The position numbers and the translations under genes are program-made. From NCBI GenBank assembly GCA_031291875.1, contig JARLIE010000040.1, forward strand, positions 132,088 to 196,087: a stretch of 64,000 nucleotides of DNA, read 5' to 3'. Numbering within the stretch: position 1 is the first letter of the stretch; each line of letters opens with the position of its first letter. Below the pieces are notes generated by a model. It worked only from the letters and a program-made list of their open reading frames with translations, made no database searches and had not been told where the DNA came from. Positions 1-8,968 of this stretch are shown in pieces. This DNA is from Minisyncoccota bacterium (GTDB lineage Bacteria > Patescibacteriota > Minisyncoccia > Phycocordibacterales > UBA2100).

Positions 1-793
1 CAATCTTGTTTTTGACAATTTTCACGCGGTGCCGGCCACCCATGACTTCGTCGCCCTTCTTGATCTGGGCGATACGGCGGATGTCGATGCGCACGGAGGT
101 GTAGAACTTGAGCGCCTTGCCGCCCGGGGTCGTTTCGGGATTGCCGAACATGACGCCGATTTGCATGCGAATCTGGTTGATGAAAATAACGATCGTCTTT
201 GTTTTTGAGACGATGGCCGTGAGTTTGCGCAACGCCTGGCTCATGAGGCGGGCTTGTTTGCCGACGTGTGACTGGCCCATGTCGCCCTCGATTTCGTCTT
301 TGGGCGTGAGCGCTGCGACCGAGTCGATGACTATGACGTCGATCTTGCCAGAACGTACGAGCGATTCAACGATTTCAAGCGCCTGTTCGCCGGTATCCGG
401 CTGGGAAACGAGGAGATCCTGGATCTTCACGCCGAGTTTCTTTGCGTATTCCGGGTCCAGCGCGTGTTCCGCGTCGATGAAGGCACATACGCCGCCCTTT
501 TTTTGCGCTTCGGCAATGACATGGAGCGAGAGCGTCGTTTTACCGGAACTTTCGGGACCAAAGATTTCGATGATACGGCCGCGGGGTAAGCCGCCAATGC
601 CGAGCGCCCAATCGACGCCGATCGATCCCGTGGGGATCGCGTTAACGTCGACTTTCGGGGTCGCGCCGAGCATCATGATCGATTCGTCGCCGAATTTGGT
701 TTTGATCTGCGCGAGGGCTCGTTCGATGTCTTTATCGGTGCCGGTACCGACTTCTTTCGGAGGTGCTTTCTCTTTCTTGCTGCCAACTGCCAT
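1..793 (-). CDS. recA: Recombinase RecA (3' end beyond window)
   Basis: Minus-strand translation from ATG at 793 gives [22 protein letters not shown] (Walker A) and [26 protein letters not shown]. Absent from the ORF track because it runs off the edge. Confidence 0.97.
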   Translation of the reverse strand, partial: MAVGSKKEKAPPKEVGTGTDKDIERALAQIKTKFGDESIMMLGATPKVDVNAIPTGSIGVDWALGIGGLPRGRIIEIFGPESSGKTTLSLHVIAEAQKKGGVCAFIDAEHALDPEYAKKLGVKIQDLLVSQPDTGEQALEIVESLVRSGKIDVIVIDSVAALTPKDEIEGDMGQSHVGKQARLMSQALRKLTAIVSKTKTIVIFINQIRMQIGVMFGNPETTPGGKALKFYTSVRIDIRRIAQIKKGDEVMGGRHRVKIVKNKI

Positions 794-883
794 ATAGATA
801 AAAATTAGGTAATAGCGGGATCACAGGCAGTATACCGCACCCCCTGGACGAAGCTATAGGCGCCGGGAGGGCAGTGTCGCTTG

Positions 884-1333
884 CTAGCGCTGGGTCGAGG
901 AGGCGCTTTGCCGGGAACTCGTCGAAATAGTCGAATTTGCGCTCGTAGAAGTCGCCGCGGTGGTAGTCGAAAGGCTCGAGCTCCCTGAAGGCGCTGAATA
1001 CACAATTTGAAGCACTTTTTCGGTCGAATGGCCGTATTTATCGGACGCATCGAGAACGATGCGGTTGAATCCGGGCGAAAGTGCGAAGGGAATATCGAAT
1101 GCACCAGCTTCGGTCACGGGAACGCCCTGTCCATTCACCGTTAATGTCGCAATATGCGCGGTTGTTCCCGTTATCTCTACATAAGGAGTCGAAACTTGCG
1201 TAGCTGTTTGTGTGAGTTGTATGGTTGGGCCAAAAAGAATGCCCCGCGCTTCGAAGTACGCATAGAGCGCGATAGCAATGAAGAAGCAAATGAGGAAGAC
1301 CCTGGTGAGCTTACTATCACGGTAGGGCAGCAT
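884..1333 (-). CDS. Membrane-anchored protein with Ig-like domain and Ser/Thr-rich tail
   Basis: N-terminal TM helix, then VEITGT..TLTVNGQ..LSPGFNRIVLDASDKYG beta-sandwich pattern. AATACT lies 6 nt upstream of ATG. Confidence 0.75.
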   Translation of the reverse strand: MLPYRDSKLTRVFLICFFIAIALYAYFEARGILFGPTIQLTQTATQVSTPYVEITGTTAHIATLTVNGQGVPVTEAGAFDIPFALSPGFNRIVLDASDKYGHSTEKVLQIVYSAPSGSSSLSTTTAATSTSANSTISTSSRQSASSTQR

Positions 1334-1475
1334 CGGCCCAGTATTAGGGAGGGAAGGGCGTGTGGCAAGTATTGCGGTGCGTCGGTAGCTTCGCTGGTTA
1401 CGCGGGAAATACTTGCGTGAGATAGATCATGGACGCTTCGCGCTAGTTCCTCTGGTTTTCGGCATAGGAGACAGT

Positions 1476-1503
1476 AAAACGGGCGGCCTTTGGCCGCCCG
1501 TTT
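1476..1503 (-). terminator. Intrinsic terminator after ftsK
   Basis: AAAACGGGCGGCC-TTT-GGCCGCCCGTTT hairpin just past the ftsK stop. Confidence 0.8.
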
Positions 1504-1515
1504 CATTCTATCTAT

Positions 1516-3756
1516 CTATTGGGTGTCTTCTTGTTCGGCTGCTCGGACCAGATCGTCAGCATTGCCTGCCCCGATAACGTCGCGAGGCTTTGCGCCATCT
1601 GCGGGACCAACGACACCGCGCTCTTCAAGCATGTCTATAAGCTTTGCCGCTCGCGCGTAGCCGATGCCCAATTTGCGCTGCAGGTAGGAGGTCGAGGCCT
1701 TGCCGGCTTCGATAACCGTCTTTTTTGCTTCCGCGTAGAGCTCGTCTTCCTCCTCTTCATCTGCCATCGATGAGAATACGGTCTCAAGACCGCCGCCGAT
1801 CTTGCCGCTATCGCTGAAGTCGATTTCGCTCGGGAGCGTGCCTTCGGCGTTTTTGGCGATAAAGGCAACCACCTTCTTGACCTCGTTTTCAGAAATATAC
1901 GGGGCTTGGATGCGTCGCGGCTTGCTCATCTCTCCCGAAAGGAAAAGCATGTCGCCTGCGCCGAGGAGCTTTTCAGCGCCTCCGGTATCCAAAATGGTAC
2001 GCGAGTCGATCTGGGATGCCACCTGCAATGCGACGCGAGCGGGGATGTTGGCCTTGATGAGGCCAGTAATGACCTTTACGCTCGGGCGCTGGGTTGAGAG
2101 TATAAGGTGAATACCCACAGCACGGCTCATCTGCGCGAGGCGGACGATGCCGGCTTCGAGCTCTCTCGGATAGGCTTGCATGATGTCGGCGAGCTCGTCG
2201 ATGATAACGATAATGTAGGGCATGGCCTCTGGCGGGGTCTGACCCTCTTTCACGCCGCGCTCGAGTGCTGGGGCCACTACGTTGGCGTGGTACGAACCAA
2301 TGTCGCGAACGCGCTCCGTTTCCAGGATGCCGTATCGGCGATCCATTTCTTTTGCGAGCCACTTCAGGGCGAGGATTGCTTTCTTCGGGTCGGTAATGAC
2401 GGGGGTGAGGAGGTGGGGGATTGAATTGTAGAGGGTCAATTCGACGCGCTTTGGATCCACCATGATAAATCGCAGTCGTTCTGGACCGCAGCGATACAGG
2501 AGAGAAACGATAAAGTCGTGGATGGCGACCGATTTGCCGGCGCCTGTCGCGCCCGCAACAAGCATGTGCGGCATCTTCGCCATGTCCGCATAGTGCGCCT
2601 GTCCCGTAATCGAGCGGCCGAGAGCCATCAAGAGTGGTTTGTCCGAATTTGCGTATTGCTCGTCCGTGACGAGCGGCGCGAGGCCGAGCGTTGTGCGGGC
2701 GATGTTGGGTACCTCAATACCGACGAGTGATTTCCCAGGAATCGGTGCCTCGATACGCACGGGGGAGGCCGCGAGCGCGAGCTCTAAGTTGGATTGCAGG
2801 GCGAGGATCTTCGAGAGGCGCACGCCTTCGGCCGGTTTCATCGCGTATCGCGTTACGGTGGGCCCGATCGACGCTTCGTCCATTTCAACTTGGATACCGA
2901 AGTTTTGTAGCGTGCGCTTGATGATGTTCATGTTGGCTTTTACATCGCCGACCTCAGGCTTACCTTTATTTTTTGAAAGAAGTGTTGCGGGCGGCGGTTC
3001 GTATGCGCTGCCGGTCGCGGCAATAATAGGGAAGCTGGCTTCCGAATCCGATTCCGCCTTATCGGCGAAACTGCTGACAGCCGGTTTTCGCTCGGGCACC
3101 GGTACCTCCTCGTGCTCGATTTCTTCCGGCTCGGGTTCTTCCATTTCCGCAGCCTCTTCCTCGTGGAAGCCGGTAACCGGAACCTCGTCCATCTCTTCTT
3201 CGCCGAACGCGACGTCTTCAGAATTTGATTGGAAGCGTTCTCGGATGCTCGTAAACAGCGCGGGGAGATTTGCGTCAAAAGCGATGATGAGCGCAGCTAC
3301 CATAAATGCCGTTAAGAAAACGACAGTCGCCGGAGTTGCGACTGATGAAACCAATGGGTTGGAAACGCTCGCGCCGATCACGCCGCCCTTGCTCGGAAAA
3401 GCAAGATTTATGAGACCAAGCGCCGAAAGCAAAAAGACCGCGAGACCCAATACCTGCACCCATCCGAAACGTTCCTCAAAGGAACGAAATATTTGTACCG
3501 AAAGCATGGCGAGCGAGAGCGGCAAGAGCCAGTAGCCAATTCCGAGCAGCCACGAGAGCCATGAGAAAAGCGTTTCACCGACGGCACCTCCACCACCTAA
3601 TTCCGCAATAATCAGAAAGCCAGCGAGTGCCAGAAAAAGGATGGCACCGACGCCTCGAAGAGCTTCGGAACTGACTCGCTTTTCTACGACTTTCGGCTGT
3701 GCACTCGTTTTGCCATTCGCCTTTTTCGCGACTTTCGCACGCTTCTTCTCTTTCAT
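1516..3756 (-). CDS. ftsK: DNA translocase FtsK/SpoIIIE
   Basis: N-terminal TM domain, PHMLVAGATGAGKS Walker A, IIDELAD Walker B, C-terminal gamma domain (ASTSYLQRKLGIGYARAAKLID). Confidence 0.97.
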   Translation of the reverse strand: MKEKKRAKVAKKANGKTSAQPKVVEKRVSSEALRGVGAILFLALAGFLIIAELGGGGAVGETLFSWLSWLLGIGYWLLPLSLAMLSVQIFRSFEERFGWVQVLGLAVFLLSALGLINLAFPSKGGVIGASVSNPLVSSVATPATVVFLTAFMVAALIIAFDANLPALFTSIRERFQSNSEDVAFGEEEMDEVPVTGFHEEEAAEMEEPEPEEIEHEEVPVPERKPAVSSFADKAESDSEASFPIIAATGSAYEPPPATLLSKNKGKPEVGDVKANMNIIKRTLQNFGIQVEMDEASIGPTVTRYAMKPAEGVRLSKILALQSNLELALAASPVRIEAPIPGKSLVGIEVPNIARTTLGLAPLVTDEQYANSDKPLLMALGRSITGQAHYADMAKMPHMLVAGATGAGKSVAIHDFIVSLLYRCGPERLRFIMVDPKRVELTLYNSIPHLLTPVITDPKKAILALKWLAKEMDRRYGILETERVRDIGSYHANVVAPALERGVKEGQTPPEAMPYIIVIIDELADIMQAYPRELEAGIVRLAQMSRAVGIHLILSTQRPSVKVITGLIKANIPARVALQVASQIDSRTILDTGGAEKLLGAGDMLFLSGEMSKPRRIQAPYISENEVKKVVAFIAKNAEGTLPSEIDFSDSGKIGGGLETVFSSMADEEEEDELYAEAKKTVIEAGKASTSYLQRKLGIGYARAAKLIDMLEERGVVGPADGAKPRDVIGAGNADDLVRAAEQEDTQ

Positions 3757-3780
3757 GCGCGTATGATATCACGCATCGCT

Positions 3781-3789
3781 TGTGGATAA
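3781..3789 (-). promoter_or_regulatory. DnaA box upstream of ftsK
   Basis: TGTGGATAA, the reverse complement of consensus TTATCCACA. Confidence 0.65.
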
Positions 3790-3841
3790 GCGCTCTACGG
3801 CTCACCAATACGGCAATCGCTTGACCGGGGGCGATAAAAGC

Positions 3842-3870
3842 TTGTCTATTGTTCACGTCCTTTATATACT
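3842..3870 (+). promoter_or_regulatory. Sigma70-type promoter of the wHTH gene
   Basis: TTGTCT-N17-TATACT, overlapped by repeated TAWARGACA-like boxes. Confidence 0.7.
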
Positions 3871-3942
3871 GCCGCTACTGCTAGAGACAGTCCTTTATAG
3901 AGATTATCTCTAAAAGACACGTCATGGACGATATAAAAGACA
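3843..3942. repeat. Array of about 6 TAWARGACA-like boxes in both orientations (promoter and 5' end)
   Basis: TGTCTATT 3843, GTCCTTTATA 3857 and 3890, TAGAGACA 3882, TAAAAGACA 3911 and 3934. Confidence 0.7.
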
Positions 3943-4676
3943 ACCAAAAAGGCGATAGTTTCTCACGATTTATTGACTCTCAGCACGTTAAAACCGATCC
4001 GTTCGGGAAGAATCGTGCCGCAGAGCGACTCTACCGCCGTGTCGAACGTCTCGTCGCCGCGCTCTATCTTTTGACTCGACACATCCCTGAAACCGAACCA
4101 TTGAAATTAGAGATCCGATCCAGAGGAATTGCGCTTCTTGAGAAAGTTCTAGACCTCAAGGATGAAATGCGTGCGGCTGAATCTGACGCGCTCGGTTCGT
4201 TTGAAACTGCGGTTCGCGGACTCATATCGCTCGTCCGGATTCTCACGGCCGCAGGTCGCATCTCATTTCAAAATGCAGACACTGTAATTGGCGCTCTCGA
4301 CGAACTCGTTGGCTTTATCAACTCCTCTCAGCGCTCGCCGCTCTCGGAAGTTTTTAGTTTTACGCGAGAAGACATCATGGGCGATATGAGTCCTTTATAT
4401 GACCGAAATGTCTTAAAGGACATAAGAGACACCAAGAAAGTTGTTAGAGACAATACGGACACGGACAGCACTCGTACAGAGCCTACTGGCTCCCGTGCGC
4501 AGGGGATCGTGTCCGTTTTGCGGGGAGCAGGTGAGCTTGGGATCAAAGATATCTCTGCTCGTCTCCCTGATTACAGCGAGAAGATGATTCAGCGCGAATT
4601 GGCCGCTTTGGTGAAAAGCGGCCAGGTCAAAAAGGATGGTTTTAAGCGTTGGAGTAAGTATTCGCTCGTTCAATAA
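3924..4676 (+). CDS. Hypothetical DNA-binding protein: helical-bundle N-terminal domain plus C-terminal winged HTH
   Basis: C-terminus LGIKDISARLPDYSEKMIQRELAALVKSGQVKKDG is wHTH-like. N-terminus resembles four-helix-bundle (23S rRNA IVP/Avd-like) proteins. Confidence 0.8.
   Translation: MDDIKDNQKGDSFSRFIDSQHVKTDPFGKNRAAERLYRRVERLVAALYLLTRHIPETEPLKLEIRSRGIALLEKVLDLKDEMRAAESDALGSFETAVRGLISLVRILTAAGRISFQNADTVIGALDELVGFINSSQRSPLSEVFSFTREDIMGDMSPLYDRNVLKDIRDTKKVVRDNTDTDSTRTEPTGSRAQGIVSVLRGAGELGIKDISARLPDYSEKMIQRELAALVKSGQVKKDGFKRWSKYSLVQ
4390..4467. repeat. Second array of the same motif inside the CDS linker
   Basis: GTCCTTTATA 4390, TGTCTTAAA 4409, TAAAGGACA 4414, TAAGAGACA 4423, TTAGAGACA 4444, TACGGACA 4454. 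Confidence 0.65.
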
Positions 4677-4680
4677 TATA

Positions 4681-4825
4681 GAGAGGAGGGAGCCGGGAGC
4701 CGAATTTGACTTTAGTCTCAGTTGAGAGCGTAAATTAAGCCAAGATGAATACTGAGAAAGAACGGCGCCGTTAAGGCGTCATATGCATTGACTCCAGTAG
4801 GAGAGGAGGGTATCCTTTTCCGGCT
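4681..4825 (+). ncRNA. Candidate structured intergenic RNA with twin GAGAGGAGGG motifs
   Basis: Closing stem AGCCGGGA(4691)/TTCCGGCT(4818), internal stems TCTCAGT/ACTGAGA and GGCGCC/GGCGTC, 10-nt direct repeat at 4681 and 4801. G-U pairs favour the + strand. Confidence 0.35.
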
Positions 4826-4886
4826 TGTGAGGATGGCGTGAAATTGGCGAAAACTCTTGCTAAAGAGCGCGACATTTCTTCACAAG

Positions 4887-4895
4887 TTATCCACA
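4887..4895 (+). promoter_or_regulatory. DnaA box
   Basis: Perfect TTATCCACA upstream of the S-layer-like gene promoter. Confidence 0.65.
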
Positions 4896-4936
4896 AAACG
4901 GAGTCAAGCGAACCGAGGCCAAGCTTGCGACGCATA

Positions 4937-5357
4937 TATACTGTATGCGTTACGCAAGTAGCGGTTTCGCTACTCGCGTAAGTTCATTGACATTTCAATA
5001 GTGAACAACGTGCGGGGTATACCCGCCCGCTTCTTCATTAATAAAAATATTGAGAAGAAGCTGCGCGCCGCTATCGCGCCGCGCATTCCGCACATCTGCA
5101 TTTTCCAGAAATTTTCCGCCTATCAGAAATGACCTCCCAACTTCGCTGCTACCCTCGCCACGCTCTGCGCGGTGGGTTAGCAAAATATCGTCGCTGCTGA
5201 GATGAAAGAAATTTCAGATCTGTCTTCAGACGATATGCATTATTAGTTGTCTTCAGTTATTAGAAAATTTAGAAGACACACTTTGCGCACATGCTCGCGT
5301 CGAACGAGCGTCTGCGCACTCTCGATGAAAGTCGAGAGGAAAGGTCAAACAAAATCT
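4937..5357 (+). promoter_or_regulatory. Probable promoter and about 410-nt structured 5' leader of the S-layer-like gene
   Basis: TATACT at 4937 inside an inverted repeat, successive hairpins, boxA-like GTTCATTGACATT at 4982. Confidence 0.5.
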
Positions 5358-8300
5358 ATGAGTAAAGCATTAGCAACAAAGAAAGTTGCGGCTGCGCTCT
5401 TGGGCTTTGGAATGGTTCTTGCTTTCGCCACCACGGCGAGCGCACAGACCACTTCGTCAGCTTCGACGCTGTCGACGCTCCAAGCACAAGTTCAAGCGCT
5501 TCTCGCGCAAATCGCATCGCTCCAGGGCTCTGGTACATCCACGGGTTCCGGCGGCGCGTGCTTCACCTTCTCGGCGAATGAGCAAGTTGGCTCAAACGGC
5601 GGTCAGGTGATGTGGATCCAGGAGTTCCTCAACGGTCACGGCTTCCAAGTCGCGGCGACAGGTGCTGGTTCTCCGGGCAATGAAACGAGTCACTTTGGTC
5701 CGGCCACTAAGGCTGCGGTCATGAAGTTCCAGAGCTCGAACGGCATCTCGCCGGTCTCGGGTTACTGGGGACCTCTGAGCCGCGCTAAGGCCAATGCCAT
5801 CTGTGCCGGTTCTACGACTGGCACGGGTACAGGCACTGGTACTGGTACTGGCACGACTTCGGGAGCGGGTATCACCGTTACCGCAGGCGTCCAGCCGGCA
5901 AACTCGCTCGCTCCGGTTAACGCAAGCCGCGTTCCGTTCACGACGTTCACGCTATCCAACAACACTGGCAGCGCGGTAACGATCAACGGCATCACGGTTC
6001 AGCGCACGGGCCTCGCGAATGACAACGCCTTCGCTGGTGTTATTCTTCTCGACTCGAACGGTCTCCAATACGGCAACTCACAAACCTTCAACTCGAACCA
6101 CCAGGCGACGGTTGGCGGTACATTCACTCTCAATCCGGGTCAGTCAATGACTTACACGATTGCGGGTAATATGGAAACGATCGCGAACAGTAACTCTGGT
6201 CAGATCGCTTCTGTCTCGGTTGTCGGTGTCAATACTTCGGTTCCGGTCTCTGGCTCGCTCCCGATTACGGGCGCGCAACAGACGATCAACGAGTCGTTGA
6301 CGATTGGTACTGCATCTCTCAGCAACTCCGGTTACGACCCGAACGGTTACCGCTCGAATTCGATCGGTACAACGGGCCTTACGTTCTCCGCCCTCCGCAT
6401 CACTGCTGGATCGGCTGAAGACGAGAAGCTCTACTCGATCACGTGGAACCAGACTGGTTCTGCTGGTTCGCAGGACATTGGCAACCTCAAGACGGTTGTT
6501 AACGGCACGAGCTACCCGGTAACGGTTGACGCTTCTGGTAAATACTTCACTTCGCAATTCGCGGGAGGTATCTTGATCCCGAAGGGTCAGTCTGTTGATG
6601 CGTACATTCAGGGTGACCTCACTGGCTCTACTGCCGCAGGTCGCACTGTAGAGTTCGACGTCTACCGCGCTTCCGACATTTACGTCGTTGGTCAAACGTT
6701 CGGCTACGGCATCACGCCGAGCAGCCCGAACTTGACCGCATGTAGTGCAACTGGCACGATTGGTACGAACTGTCTCGACACTGCGTCGAGTCACGGATCG
6801 CACTACTCGTACAACTCGAACCCGCTCTTCCAGGGCTCGAGCATGTCGATTACAGCCGGTACGTTGTCGACGGTCTCAACTGCGAGCTCCGTTGCTCCGC
6901 AGAATATTGCGATCAATGTCCCGAATCAGATTCTCGGTGGATTCCAGACGAACTTCACTGGTGAACCTGTTACGGTCAACAGCGTCACAGTTAGTGTTGC
7001 GACCAGCTCCACAAACACCGACCAGCTCAAGAGCGTTACCTTGGTTGACTCCAATGGCAATGTTGTTGCTGGCCCGGTTGACGAGAATGTGAGCACTGGG
7101 AAAATCATTTTCAGTAGCTCAGTCACCTTCCCGGTTGGACCGATGACGTACACCATTAAGGGTACGGTTGGTTCCAACGCGGGTAACGGCGGCACCTACA
7201 TCTTGTCGACGAACCCAGGTACTCAGTGGTCGAGCGCTATCGGCCAGACCTCTGGTAACTACGTAACGCTCCCGAGCACGACCATCACCATGAGCACCAT
7301 GACGGTGCAGGCTGGTCAGCTCAACATCTCGGCTTCGGCTTCGCCGGCATCGTCGAACATCACGACGAATACCAACAACTACACGGTTGCGAACATCGTA
7401 CTCGATGCCTCGCAGTCGGGTGAGGACGTTCGCTTGAACGCACTCCCGATCGTTGTTAACGCGACGTCGACTTCGGGTGACCAGACTTCGGCAAACTTGC
7501 TTAAGTCGAATCTCACGAACTGTCAATTGTTCAACGGCAGCAATGCGCTCAACAGCCAATCGGTTGGTTCGAGCCAGTGGACCGTTCAGAACACGTCAGG
7601 CAGCATCTACGGTCTTGAAGCGAACTTCATCTTCACGAACTCGCTTACGGTTCCGAAAGGCACGACTGTTACACTTTCGCTCGTCTGCAACATTGGCGGT
7701 GGTCTCTTCCCTGCAGAAACCTTCAACGCTGGTGTCGCTTCGGGCTTCGCTCCTACAGTTACGGGCGCGACCTCGGGTAACACTCTTAGCGCAACTCCGA
7801 CCACGAGCTCCTCGGGTACGATGACCGTTGGTACGGCAAGCATGACTGCTTCCGTCCCGACCCCGCTCTCGTACGCGCTGGTCTCTGGTGGCACACAGAA
7901 CGTCACAGTTGGAACTTTCACGCTCCAGCCGACGACGGGCAATGTCAGCCTCCAGAACCTCGGACTTGCTCTTAACTCGAATTACGCTTCCAGCTCCGAC
8001 CTCGCCAACGGCGTCGTCACGATCTGGAACGGTTCGACGCAGATTGGTACGGCCAACTTCAGCGGCAAATCGCCGATTGGTCACTACTACATCGCGACGT
8101 CTACGATCACGAACTTCAATCTTCCGCAAAACATCCAGACCACTCTTACCCTCAAGGCGAACATTGCTGCGATTGGTATCGGTCAATCTGGCATGAGCGG
8201 TCATGAACTCAAGATCGGTCTCGCAGAAGCTCAGGGTACATCGGGCAATAGCTCGGTTGATACTGGCTACACCACATCGAACGTACCGTCCAACGGTATC

Positions 8301-8870
8301 GCGATGTTTGCGAGCTATCCGACGGTCGCTCTCACGAGCTACTTGCCGAGCAACGGTATCTCTGACGGTCGTTTGATCGCGTTCTCCATCACGGCGAACT
8401 CGGCAAACCCTGTTGGTATCTCGAAGCTCTCATTCAGCATCGCTTCTTCGAGCGCGGCTGTTACGTCTCCGTCCTTGTACGTGTACTCTGACTCCGGTTT
8501 CTCGCAGCCTGCGGGCGGCACGACCGGGGGTATTGGTGGTTACACGAACTACACGGCGGGCAATCCGGGTTCCGCAACGACGATCTTCACATCGCCGCTT
8601 GAGATCCCGGCTGGTACGACCGAGTACTTCCTCTTGAAGGGTACGGTCTCGAGCGTTGGCGGTGCTACCACCTACAACGTTGCGACCACTCTCTTGGGTG
8701 ATACTGGTGACCAGGCTCCGATTATGGTTGCGTCTTCGTCGGTCAGCACGAACTTCGTCTGGTCGCCGAACTCGACGACTACCTCGTCCGGTGCTGCACT
8801 TGATTGGACCAATGCGTACGGCGTCTCAGGATTGCCGTCAATCGGTCTCACTCAGAACCGCACTCAATAA
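5358..8870 (+). CDS. Large S-layer-like surface protein with peptidoglycan-binding domain (about 1170 aa)
   Basis: Signal peptide (MSKALATKK..ASA), short coiled coil, PG-binding motif (FGPATKAAVMKFQ..GYWGPLSR), Thr/Ser/Gly-rich beta repeats, biased codon use. Start re-assigned to ATG 5358. Confidence 0.85.
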   Translation: MSKALATKKVAAALLGFGMVLAFATTASAQTTSSASTLSTLQAQVQALLAQIASLQGSGTSTGSGGACFTFSANEQVGSNGGQVMWIQEFLNGHGFQVAATGAGSPGNETSHFGPATKAAVMKFQSSNGISPVSGYWGPLSRAKANAICAGSTTGTGTGTGTGTGTTSGAGITVTAGVQPANSLAPVNASRVPFTTFTLSNNTGSAVTINGITVQRTGLANDNAFAGVILLDSNGLQYGNSQTFNSNHQATVGGTFTLNPGQSMTYTIAGNMETIANSNSGQIASVSVVGVNTSVPVSGSLPITGAQQTINESLTIGTASLSNSGYDPNGYRSNSIGTTGLTFSALRITAGSAEDEKLYSITWNQTGSAGSQDIGNLKTVVNGTSYPVTVDASGKYFTSQFAGGILIPKGQSVDAYIQGDLTGSTAAGRTVEFDVYRASDIYVVGQTFGYGITPSSPNLTACSATGTIGTNCLDTASSHGSHYSYNSNPLFQGSSMSITAGTLSTVSTASSVAPQNIAINVPNQILGGFQTNFTGEPVTVNSVTVSVATSSTNTDQLKSVTLVDSNGNVVAGPVDENVSTGKIIFSSSVTFPVGPMTYTIKGTVGSNAGNGGTYILSTNPGTQWSSAIGQTSGNYVTLPSTTITMSTMTVQAGQLNISASASPASSNITTNTNNYTVANIVLDASQSGEDVRLNALPIVVNATSTSGDQTSANLLKSNLTNCQLFNGSNALNSQSVGSSQWTVQNTSGSIYGLEANFIFTNSLTVPKGTTVTLSLVCNIGGGLFPAETFNAGVASGFAPTVTGATSGNTLSATPTTSSSGTMTVGTASMTASVPTPLSYALVSGGTQNVTVGTFTLQPTTGNVSLQNLGLALNSNYASSSDLANGVVTIWNGSTQIGTANFSGKSPIGHYYIATSTITNFNLPQNIQTTLTLKANIAAIGIGQSGMSGHELKIGLAEAQGTSGNSSVDTGYTTSNVPSNGIAMFASYPTVALTSYLPSNGISDGRLIAFSITANSANPVGISKLSFSIASSSAAVTSPSLYVYSDSGFSQPAGGTTGGIGGYTNYTAGNPGSATTIFTSPLEIPAGTTEYFLLKGTVSSVGGATTYNVATTLLGDTGDQAPIMVASSSVSTNFVWSPNSTTTSSGAALDWTNAYGVSGLPSIGLTQNRTQ

Positions 8871-8907
8871 TTTTGAGTTCGGTGCTTACGGCGACAACGT
8901 AAGCAAC

Positions 8908-8937
8908 AAAACCCCTCTCCGAAAGGAGAGGGGTTTT
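8908..8937 (+). terminator. Intrinsic terminator of the S-layer-like gene
   Basis: AAAACCCCTCTCC-GAAA-GGAGAGGGGTTTT. Confidence 0.9.
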
Positions 8938-8968
8938 GTGTTTGTATAAGAAGAGCTATTCTATGAGC

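Noticed and set aside
108-797. 229-aa plus-strand ORF
   Set aside because: Antisense shadow of recA on the minus strand
3781-4895. Replication origin
   Set aside because: Only two dispersed DnaA boxes, with no dnaA/dnaN and no clear unwinding element. GC skew would be needed.
5810-5860. GGTACT/GGCACG tandem repeat
   Set aside because: Encodes a Gly-Thr linker, not a DNA element
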